A DNA stretch of 64,000 bases from assembly GCA_040954595.2 (NCBI GenBank), contig CM082585.2:7155808-7219807 (forward strand). Reading direction: 5' to 3'. This DNA comes from Balanoglossus misakiensis (lineage: Eukaryota > Animalia > Hemichordata). The notes below the pieces were generated by a model, which was not told the DNA's origin, searched no databases, and worked only from the letters and a program-made list of their open reading frames with translations. The position numbers and the translations under genes are program-made. This document shows positions 54,158 through 64,000 of this stretch, one piece after another (the first letter of the stretch is position 1; each line of letters opens with the position of its first letter).

Positions 54158-55496
54158 CTATTCACAGGCGTATCTTTCACAGACAAAGCCTTGGCGGGAG
54201 TTACACGGCAGATCATTCCATTTCCCGTCCATTGAACTGATAATGTGAACACAATCCTCGTTGTTGCCAGCATTGTCCGGCTGATTGGTGTTCCAGTTGG
54301 TGTATGCCAACTTTAGTTGATATGCAAGAAAACGACACAATGAAACGTCAAGGAGCCTTTTATACAAACTGAAAACTTGCGCGTTAGCAATATCAAAAAA
54401 TCATAAAACTCGCCAGTCTTCCAATGAATGCAACCAGTCCCCATTTGTGAAGGTTTAGCTAAATTTGTACTATAATCAGTATTTTTGGCAAATGACGCGG
54501 AAGCGGTCACGGAACGAGAGTGGGAAACCACGGGGTTGTGTATCTTACCGGAGATCCATCTGCCCATACGAACCGTCCTTCGGTTTCGATGTCGTCTAGT
54601 CCGAGCCAAATGTGAACACGATTTTGGGTGAATCCTGTTTAATCGAAACAGTTCACATTTCTGAGTATTGACGTTCAATTGTTCGTTTCACCGGCGGACC
54701 CTTATATTAATCCGGGTCATGTGTAAAAGAACATTACCCCATTGCCTGATGCAGTTCATTATGACTTTGTTTGGTGTATGTAACCGGCGGACTTAAAATT
54801 TACACCACTCCGTATCATGTGACAAAATAATACCCTATTGTCAGAAAGTATCATTCCGACTCCCAACACATACCCTTTCTCTCTTCTCCCCCCCCCCCCT
54901 CCCCATCACACTCAACATCTGTATGTACTTGTATATCGACTATGTGAAATTTCCCAGCCTGATCACTAACCTTTCAAGAACAGGGCCTCCTCGGCACTGT
55001 TAACAACCGCTAGAGTACTGCCCATTCCTTCGCACACAGTCTTAGCGTCTGCATACGTGTACATTGGATACATATAACCATGGTAACAACTTCCGCCGAA
55101 TTTTAACCATCCTGGCTGGCAGGCTACAAATGAGCAAATATTATATGTGTTGGACATTGTGAACGTTTCGTTTGCTTACAAACAAGACAGAACATTGTTC
55201 AGACTTCAACAAAGTGCAATGCATACATACATACATACATACATACATACATACATACATACATACATACATACATACATACATACATACATACGTACAT
55301 ACATACATACATACATACATACATACATACATACATACATACATACATACATACATACACCCATATAGACAAAAATCTGTCCATTTATAACCACACGGTT
55401 GAAGTATTAACAGCACATGAAGTGTGTTTAATAATACTCACGAGCAGCAAATGTGCTAGAGAATAGCACAGTGAACAACAACGCCAGCTTCAACAT
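54158..55496 (-). CDS. Secreted single-domain C-type lectin, QPD/WND (galactose-type); 148 aa
   Basis: Exons 55496-55442 ([18 protein letters not shown]), 55123-54971 ([13 protein letters not shown]...[26 protein letters not shown]), 54634-54549 ([21 protein letters not shown]), 54310-54158 ([19 protein letters not shown]...[21 protein letters not shown]). GT-AG, phases 1/1/0, 447 nt. Confidence 0.95.
55222..55358. repeat. (CATA)n tetranucleotide microsatellite in lectin intron, ~34 units
   Basis: Direct reading; one CGTA interruption. Confidence 0.97.
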
Positions 55497-55700
55497 TTTC
55501 ACAGATTTCAAAATCTCGACAGAGTATACGTTCTCTGGGTGGAAAAGGGATAAAAACACAATTGATATAAGCTCCCAAAATACGGACGGCTTACTTCGCT
55601 AGCTCTTCAGGACTATGACAATTTTCACAAATGACCACTGAGTATCGTTGTTTGATTCGTGGTCAAAATGAGTAAGTTTCAATTTAAAAGTATTTCTTAC

Positions 55701-55781
55701 CTGATAACGTGGATACTGCGACAACAACCGACGACTTGGGTGCGAAGAATAGCGATCAGGGTGTAGATGCGCCGGTTTATA
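55701..55781 (-). promoter_or_regulatory. Candidate TATA box and non-coding first exon of the C-type lectin gene
   Basis: Minus-strand TATAAA at 55781-55776, donor CAG|GTAAGA at 55701/55700, acceptor CCCTTTTCCACCCAG at ~55536 just upstream of the ATG. Confidence 0.5.
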
Positions 55782-56105
55782 TTGTCTGGAGTAGTTTCCA
55801 AAAATTCTCATTTTAGTTAATGTGAGGGTATATACCGTCCAGGGGCCTAATGACACGTCAGCTTGTCAGTTGCTAAAAACGGCGTAAGCCTAAATTTTTA
55901 TTATTTATCTTCCAGCACGTTTTCAATAGTTTCAAGTTAAACAGTTTGATCGTCTGTAAAAATCCACCAGGACTGAAATTCACTTTTCAACTGAAGTTCT
56001 TTCTGGGTGATTTAGATAATTTAATAAGCAAAGTGGAGAGTTTCATATTTTCTTTTATGGATTAAGCACGCTCATTTTGAAAATTCACATATGGCGAGTG
56101 TTCGA

Positions 56106-56317
56106 TACTGTAAAACACTTTATTTTCGCGAGTTGGAATTTTCGCGATATCGAGAGAGGCCACTGTTTCACGAGTATTAATTTCCGCGTTCTCTTATTTC
56201 ATTCACTGCATCGTTATCTTCAAAAAAAATTTACGCGACTTTTTATTTTCACGCTATTTTGGCTTTCGCGTATTTCACAAAAATGTATTGCTCGCGAAAA
56301 TAAAGTGTTTTGCAGTA
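56106..56317. mobile_element. MITE (non-autonomous DNA transposon) with ~25-bp TIRs, probable TA target duplication
   Basis: TA-CTGTAAAACACTTTATTTTCGCGAG ... CTCGCGAAAATAAAGTGTTTTGCAG-TA; no coding capacity; second copy at 59693-59894. Confidence 0.85.
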
Positions 56318-57525
56318 TACAGGACAACGAACCAGTTTAGAAAACATAGTGGACATAATTCACTGTGGTGGGTTCATAAATTGTGACATAGTTGGAGTCG
56401 ATGACGACAATGGACTGGGCAACTAAATATTTCCATGCGGAGGAGATGACTTTAGACTGAATGATATAGCCTTGTGCGTGCGGACACCGGATATGCGACT
56501 GTCAATCCACAACTTGTGAAAGTTCGCAAAGTGCTGGCGCGCATGAGATCAAAGCCGTGGATTTTTCGTGTTTAATCTGCATTGCAGGCATTTTTCGGAC
56601 ATACAGACCCGCCAATAAGTATGTACGCACCTTAAAAATGTACGTTTGACATGAAAAATTACTCACAAAATGTATCTTAACCATCTCACTTGAGAATACA
56701 GGTCATGTGCTAGATAAATAGAACTGCACTAACACGTACACACAAACGGCAAATTTGGTTTATGTGAATTGACCCTTGCTTTTTTTTCGGTCTCAGCGTA
56801 CCGTGCAGAAATTATTTTTTCTGCCCAGGCGGATATTTGTGGACTATGAAATCATAAATTATATTTTTTATGTGCACCTCATGACTTTGTTCGACATTTT
56901 TCATGAAAAGCGCGGTCATAGCGCGCGCCTGTCCGCGGATCGAATTCAGAACGCCACGCGCGCGGCAGCAGTTGAACTCAGTGGGCGCTTTATCGACGGA
57001 CGCTCGAAATGTTTGAAATCTGTTCAGTTTCTCCTTGACGGAAAACAACGGAACACTTCGGTTGGCATGCAATCATTGGGAACGCAATACGAATTGTAAC
57101 GAGGAAGGTATGACCCCGGCCGAGGATTTCTGATCGGCCTTTACTCCGACTTACAGTTCAAATCACAGTCTCAGCTTGGATAAGATGTTGGAGTAGACTA
57201 TGTATCACTATTAAGGTGAGGAAAGGACCAACACACTCTGATTGTAGACCTACAAATGTTGCCACAAAGAACGTGAAAAATATCCGTGAAAGTGGTCATT
57301 TATCAATGAGAATTAAACATTGCATTGTGAAATTTCAAAGCAAATCATGGCAGTAATTGAACTTGGAACGTTCAGTAAACTTTCCTACTGGTCGGGAAAT
57401 CCCAGCTTTAGCCTAACTTTCGTTAAGTTCTGATTAAGCCATATACAGGTGAGACATCGAAAGAACGGCGTCTGCTGGTAAATACACTTTGACTTCATGA
57501 ATAATTTAACCGTTTGAACGACAAG

Positions 57526-60500
57526 ATGGCCAACTGCCTTGGTAACTGGAAAGTACCGTGGATCTGTGCGCTGACGGTGGCCATCATCGTCCTTGGTTAT
57601 GTCAAGACAACAGCGGGTAAGTGGAGTGACGTTCCCCATCCTTTGAACATGTCGTGTAGTGATATGACGATCGGAATCAGCAAAATGTGGATGATTTTGG
57701 CGTTTGTGCTTTGGAATTTGTGTATTTTGAGTAAAGTTACATCCATAATATCCCTTTTCAATTTTCCACTGGAAAGTGCGTTTTCGTTGATTTTGAGAAG
57801 TCTCCTGGGCAACTCATTTGATTGTTTTCCTGTAGGATTTTGCAAAAGGGGCGCTTTTACCGGAATGTCCTGGGAGTTCGACGGGACCTTGGGGTCTTAC
57901 GCCGTGGCACCGAGCTCGTTCCCGGACATGGCTGAATTCAGCGCTTGCTTCTGGATGAAGATGGGTGTCAGCCAACAGCAGTTCGCTTTCTTCACTTACT
58001 CCGTTCCCGGACGAGCGAACGAACTGATGATCGCCGTGGAGGGCTACAGCACACTCCGTGTGACGGTCAACCACTCGCCAACCAGTCTGGGCGGTCACTT
58101 CTTCAACGTCGACTATTTGTCGAATTATAACATGACTGACGGCCGATGGCATCACTTCTGCGCCGTCTTGGACGACAACTTCTATTTCTACGCGGACGGC
58201 GTGCGAGAAATCACGCTCAGGACCTCCGGGGAACTCAAAATCGCCGGCGGCGGTTTGATGGTCATCGCACAGAAGCTGAACAGCCACGGCACCACAGACT
58301 TTGAATCCGGGTACTCGTATCCGGGAACAATGTACGACTTCAATTTCTGGTCGTCTGCGATTTCGCAAGAAACGGTCGGGTCGCTGACACAGCCTGTACA
58401 AACGAGCGTCTGCGGTAATGTGGTAGCTTTTGAAGACTTTCAAGACCAGGATTTACAGAATGTGGCCGTTCAAGTAGAGCCAACTTTCTGTGAGTACATG
58501 CACTTTCTCAATTACCTCCCCCAATATCGCGGATTCGGGCATATCTGATTTAGTCCATCAAAAGGGAAATTCGAAGCAATTACGCAAGGTTTCTTTAGAA
58601 GAATGTTGATTTCTTCAAAATATGAAAAAATATATTTTTTTTAGAAATATGGCAAACATTTCCCCAAGTATACAATATTGAATTTTTTTTCACAATTGAA
58701 CAAGTCCTGTGGACTTGCAAATTAAATACAAAAGCTAGAGACGAAGTTGTTGACGACAGAAGATGACGGCCAATCCATCTTACATATGAGCTTACGTCGC
58801 TGACCACGAAGCCAACAAAATAACCGGAACTATGACAGACAGAATGACATATATTTCTCAAACAAAAACAGACAGAAAAGGATTGTCTTGATCAATAAGA
58901 CAGAACCAATGCTGTAATCAATCATTCAACACTTTCAGTTCTACCCACGACGGTGGTCACAACATTACCCACGACGGTGGTCACAACATTACCCACGACG
59001 CCAACAGAACCTTCAGCGTCCACGATAGCGAAGAGCACAGACGAACTGGGTGCGGGTGATTCACCGGTGACCGGACAAACGCCGACCTCACGCAGCATTT
59101 TATCAGAAACTACAGTAGGGACAAGATGTGAGTATTGATGTCTCTACATCCAATATTTCATATGATGGCGATGTTTCAAGCTGCTAGGCAACTTTGCCAA
59201 GGAGTTTTTTTTTTCAAAAGGAATGATGTTCACATTCCCAAGTCATAATTTCACGACCATCACGTTAAAAAATATGTACACATCATTTGTAAAGTAGAGC
59301 AGCAAGAGCATTGCAAAAATGTCATGAATAAACATACGCGTGGCACAATATTTCGATGATACCAATCTCTATTTCAGCCCTACCAGGAACAGAATCGAAT
59401 AGGCCTATGTCTACAACGCCATCGCCAAGCACAGTGTTATTCAACACTGTCGAGCCAATGGTCACTGAGGATGACGTGGGCACCGTCTGTGAGTATCCGA
59501 GAGTCATAGTTTGGCACGCCACAACCTCCCTGGCGTTGCTGCGTGAAACTAAATTTATGCCTCTATCCATCACTGTCATTTTTTGTATTCAGACAATCCA
59601 TCAGATGACGCCGAACCCCTTTTCTAGCTAGTAATAGAATATAGTATCAAACATACAAAAAGACATAGTATAGCCAAAAGTACAGGTAGGCTAATACTTT
59701 ATTTTCGCGAGCAATAAATTTTCGCGAAATACGCTAGAGCCAAAATAGCGTGAAAATACAAAGTCGCGTAAATTGTTTTTGAAGATAACGATGCAGTGAA
59801 TGAAATAAGAGAACGCGAAAATTAATACTCGCGAAACAGTGGCCTCTCTCGATATCGCGAAAATGTTGACTCGCGAAAATAAAGTGTTATACAGAAGTCC
59901 TTCACTCTTGTCTGCGGGTGGGTCGCTAGAGCCCCCCCCCCTCCCCCTATAGTTCGACTTTTACAAAAAGCAAATTATTTTTCCCCTCAGCATTCCCGTG
60001 TGGCGGCTCATATGAAGGCATGGCAGGCACATTTGCATCTCCGGGGTATCCCGCTCCGTACCCAAGTGACGCTGTCTGCGAGTATCACCTGCAGGTTCCA
60101 GATGATTATGTTGTCCAGGTAATTCGATTATATGGTTACCGCATTAAAAAAACGACTTTTCTATAACTGGGTACTTCTTAAAATACATCTGTAACATAAA
60201 CATTGTCTTTCACCATCGATATGGTAGGAAAAACTCATTCTCTATCCCGATAGAACGCGTACGGTCCCCCATACACACTCTTGCACAGTAAAATGTTGCA
60301 CACAGACTACAGCAATGCTCTATGACAGTAAAACAAAACGAACACGAACACATATTGTGGTGCATTCGAGTTCTAGGCATCGTGCACCTATGAGAGCACA
60401 CTTTGACCATTATCAACTACTTTCCTTTTCCTCCTAACCAGGTAACCTTTGAAGATATTGAGGTGGAGTATTCAAGCGACTGCGCTTACGACTACATAAG

Positions 60501-62255
60501 CGTCCACGATGGCACCGACTGCTCCTCGCAACTGACGGGGACATACTGCGGAGTTGCCAACAAGATTGACAGGCTCCCGCCGGGCTCTTTGAGATCTTCC
60601 TCCAACAGCTTGTGTGTGGCGTTCGTCAGTGACGCCGGGATCCAGTACAAGGGGTTCATAGCCAGCTTCGGTGCAGTCCGAGCTATGGCTTTCACATCTG
60701 GGAGGTCAACCCTGGCAGTCGACGAGGGAGACGAGAACAGGACAGAGGCGACGATCACAAGACAAGCTGACACAGGTAAGGAATTAGACGAGTTCTGTTT
60801 TCTCAGGGAGGGAGGGGGAAGGGAGGGAGGGAGAGAGACTAGAAATACGCAGCTGAGAAGGCTCCTCATACTAATATGTGAGCAACGCTTGCAAAGTTTC
60901 ACCCTCACAAGCTTTTCTTCTCTTTATGTAAATGTAGGGTTTGTTGGTCGCAAGGCAGACTATACACCAGTCATATCTGGGTGTATTGTTGGCATCCTGT
61001 TTCTGACAGTGGTAACTCTAGCAGTGTGGTACGCGAAGAAGATATACCCTAAGAGACAGATCGCTGCTGCAACAGAGTTGGAGTCAGTCGAAAGGTAAGA
61101 TGATGAACGCATGTGCAAATATTTGAGTATAGCCAAAGAGTGTTGTGAATGATTCATACCTGAAAATTCGAAAAGAGTGTGCACACCCTGCCCTTCGGTA
61201 AACCATGCAGTGCATCATCTAATCACATTTTCTGCTCGTGCATTCCATTTCCATTGCACAGGGAAAGGCGAGAAGGTGAGATGTCTTCAGAACAACCGTC
61301 TGAGGGAGAGGAAGCTGGTGAATCCACGTTTTTGTTTGTGAGGGAATCCGAAGAAGGTGTTCAGATACCAACTGATGTCCTGACTGCAAAAGAATCGGCT
61401 CAGGGTATAGAGATAGGAAGTACCGAGACGCAGGCGCAGAGAGCACCACTGCCTCCTGTGCAGGTACAACCGCTGGTGGTTCCCACGGCAATTCCACAGG
61501 CGACTCTTCAACGACGCGGCCTGCCACCCCTCGGCCATCCGGGTCAGATTCCTCCCACCAGCGTGGCCGGCGGTGGCGCCCTCCCGAGTCTGCAGCAGTC
61601 CCTGCTGCCTCAGATCCAAACGTCGGCGCCGTATCATCAAGGTATGGTGACTCCAGGGCTGGCCAGCCAAGCGCAGGCGCTGCCTGCTGCAGGCCAACAC
61701 TTCCCACTGCCAGGACAGCAGCAGCACATGGGGCTCCCAGGGGACTACGCCGCCCTGGGACTCCCATCCCCGCTCGGGATCCAACACCAAAACCAGCTAC
61801 TGCTTCAGATGCAGCTCCAGGCAATGAATCAGATGCCCGTGCAGCCCCCAGACGCTGCTGCTGCAGTACCACCCGGGCTTGGCGGATTACCGCTGCAGCA
61901 ACAACAGCCGCTGCTGCCCCAGGGAATTCCACCGGCGGTGCACCACCTGCAGCAGATGCCACTGGGCCAGGCGGCAATGGCCGGGCTATCGCTACCGCAA
62001 CAGCAACCACTGCTGCCATCCATTCAGCCGAAGCCCATCCCCCAGGCTGGTGACCTACCGATGACACCGCTACAGACCTCCAGTGCCCCTCCGGGTCAAA
62101 CACTCCAACCACAGACAGCGAACCCGGACACTCCACAACCGGAAACGCCACTCAAACAGCAACAACAAACCGGTGAATCAGCAGAGCCTTCTACTCCACT
62201 GGGCGATGAACCTCGGAAAGTCAAAACAAGAGGAAAGAGGAAACCAAAGGATTGA
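57526..62255 (+). CDS. Type I membrane protein: signal peptide, pentraxin domain, mucin-like stalk, CUB domain, TM, Gln/Pro-rich cytoplasmic tail (~885 aa)
   Basis: Exons 57526-57616 (signal), 57836-58489 (pentraxin: FSACFWMK, YSVPGRANEL, DGRWHHFC, GGGLMVIAQ, GTMYDFNFW), 58939-59127 and 59378-59488 (T/S/P-rich), 59991-60118 and 60442-60775 (CUB: CGG...FASPGYPAPYP..VCEY, VTFEDIEVE..DCAYDYISVHDG..GTYCG..FVSD...KGFIASF), 60938-61094 (TM), 61262-62255. All GT-AG, sum 2658 nt. Confidence 0.9.
59693..59894. mobile_element. Second, oppositely oriented copy of the 56106-56317 MITE, in an intron, left end degraded
   Basis: Reverse complement matches across the length (e.g. GAAGATAACGATGCAGTGAATGAAATAAGAGAACGCG; AAACAGTGGCCTCTCTCGATATCGCGAAAAT). 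Confidence 0.85.
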
Positions 62256-63033
62256 GCTGAACTAACTGTATATACAAGTGTTAAACTCACATCCATTTAG
62301 ATGTTAACAAAGCTGCATAACATTATGCAATATACGAACCATGCTCTGGCTTTCAATGGTTACATCGATCACATGATGTAGCCTTGTACCACTTCCTATA
62401 TGAGTGATTTTAAATCTTCCTCTGGACTGAGATGAGAGGGTCAATTTTAAGATCCTTTTGGATCAAATTGACAATAAGGGCATTGATGGAAAAAAGTTTA
62501 AGGAATTAAAGGGAAATTATATGGCATATTAAATTTGTTCCGGTTCATGAAGCATGTGGTCATCGTTTCATATTAACATCATCATATTACAGAAAGTATA
62601 CGGTGTAAACAGTGTGTACGAAGTTAGCTGCTGGATGCAACACACAGACTCTGTCAGTGTATTACATGTAGAGGCTTCAGTCATCCATTATGCCTTACTT
62701 TGAAAAATAACACTGTGTAGTTTCAGGGATGAGCTTAAAATTGCTAAAAAAAAAATAGCTAGTCTCAACAAAAAAGGAACAAGTCTGCATTGACTGCATG
62801 CTGTCACCCTTTTAATTACTCCACTGCTGTTGATACACATTTTCACTCTACAACTGATAATCACACCGTCAGAATCTGCGTCTGCATCAGCATCATGTCT
62901 CTTACTGATACATAACTCTGGGTGGTGGTGGATCGTACACTGCGGGACCTGGTACCCCTGCCATCGGATAAGCGACGGGCGCTGGTGCCGGAGCCTGAGC
63001 ATGCATGCCGTGTCTGCAACAAAGAATGGAGGA

Positions 63034-63227
63034 TTAAAGGTATACAGTCACCTCCAATTTGCATACGCCCATATATGGGAGAAACGGCGTATTTGAGTGT
63101 TCTAAAGAACATATGGTGGCACTCTTTTTTTCTCGTGTGCCACCCACTGAAAATCCGTGATTGGCTAGATCTCAAGTTTACCATGGTAACTGTAGCCAAT
63201 TTTCCACAGGTGACCGCATACCTTTAA
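63034..63227. mobile_element. MITE with TTAA target-site duplication and AGG...CCT termini (Kolobok-like)
   Basis: TTAA|AGGTATACAGTCACCT ... AGGTGACCGCATACCT|TTAA; imperfect 16-bp TIR; element 63038-63223. TTAA TSD with purine-purine 5' ends fits Kolobok rather than piggyBac (CC ends). Confidence 0.8.
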
Positions 63228-63903
63228 TCACATATTAGTCCCGACTGGATCAACATGGAAACATCGGAGGCAGTCACGGTGGAAGAAAACCAGTAACGGC
63301 ACTGTACTGAAATGTTTATTACAAAACGACCGCCTGAGACCACATTGGATTGTATCACAAAATGACCACAGGACACCATATTGGATTGTAACACTGACAC
63401 CCGAAAGTTAGTGCAAGGAGTACACTGCCCTTGTGTCAAGTTAAAATTCTTACAAAAAAAAAAACAGCTGCCAGGCAAACACATTTTTTGTCTGTCAGCC
63501 ATATTTGACTTAATTACATATCTGGCTCAGATTCAAATAAGTTCAGGCATGTCTAAGCATATGTTCTCGGGTCTGGAAAATTATTATTTAACTGGGGAAA
63601 ACAGTACTCACCCTAAACCGGTGTTGATGTTAATAGCATGGCCAGGTATCATTCCAGTCTGTGCGTTCACAACGATGTTTCTTCTATTTCTCTGGCTTGC
63701 TTTGTAGCAGCAAACACAGATACCAATGCACACGGGTATCATCACGGTAAGAATGCTAACCACAATGATAATGACGACGATGGCAATACCGACTGAAGAT
63801 TGGGAAAAAAAAATAAAAATACAACCGTTTCAGGATCAGGGTATAAGACCAGCTACTTTCAAACGAAGACTCCTCAAAATTGGAAGAAACATTTCTCTAG
63901 CTA

Positions 63904-64000
63904 TTAAAGGTATACGGTCACCTATGGAAAATGATCTATAGTTACCATGGCAAATTGAGATCTAGCCAATCACAGATTTTCAGTGGGTGGCACACGCGAA
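63904..64000. mobile_element. Second copy of the TTAA MITE in opposite orientation, truncated by the window edge
   Basis: TTAA|AGGTATACGGTCACCTATGGAAAAT...GTTACCATGG...GAGATCTAGCCAATCAC...TTTTCAGTGGGTGGCACACG is the reverse complement of ~63131-63227. Confidence 0.82.

Noticed and set aside
55141-55416. MYVC/HTYI repeat ORFs
   Set aside because: Translations of the intronic (CATA)n microsatellite.
59991-61094. Assignment of gene 5 as adhesion GPCR ADGRG6/GPR126 or a neuropilin
   Set aside because: Domain order is PTX then CUB with a single TM; no GAIN/7TM, FA58C or MAM domain.
61219-62151. 310-aa antisense ORF opposite the Q/P-rich exon, and similar antisense ORFs over the cGLR and pentraxin exons
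   Set aside because: Shadow ORFs of GC-rich coding sequence; no domain features or splice support.

Overview
Eukaryotic (animal) genomic DNA. The intron-rich genes and domain set suggest a marine invertebrate, possibly a deuterostome; this is inference only. Bases 1-~26,924 are a highly homogeneous tandem satellite of an 88-bp monomer (~305 copies, running off the left edge). It ends in a ~1.1-kb block of the same family in inverted orientation and ~85% identical (26,925-28,042). Unique sequence follows, with five spliced genes that I assembled by hand from GT-AG junctions with consistent phases. (1) A two-coding-exon secreted cystine-knot protein resembling glycoprotein-hormone subunits (GPA2/GPB5/bursicon) but with an atypical Cys pattern. 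(2) A 4-exon Mab21/cGAS-like (cGLR-type) nucleotidyltransferase-fold protein. (3) A ~1,090-aa type I membrane protein: signal peptide, microexon-encoded S/T segment, pentraxin domain, ~515-aa Gly/Thr/Asp/Ser repeat stalk, TM and short tail. (4) A secreted QPD-type C-type lectin on the minus strand. (5) A ~885-aa type I membrane protein: signal peptide, pentraxin, mucin, CUB, TM and a ~350-aa Gln/Pro-rich tail. Genes 3 and 5 look like diverged paralogues (shared juxtamembrane QIAAA motif and intron phases, shared loss of the pentraxin Ca2+ motif). With the lectin and the cGLR they form a candidate recognition/innate-immune cluster beside the satellite. Two MITE families (two copies each) and several microsatellites are also present. 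All gene models are manual and not confirmed by transcripts.
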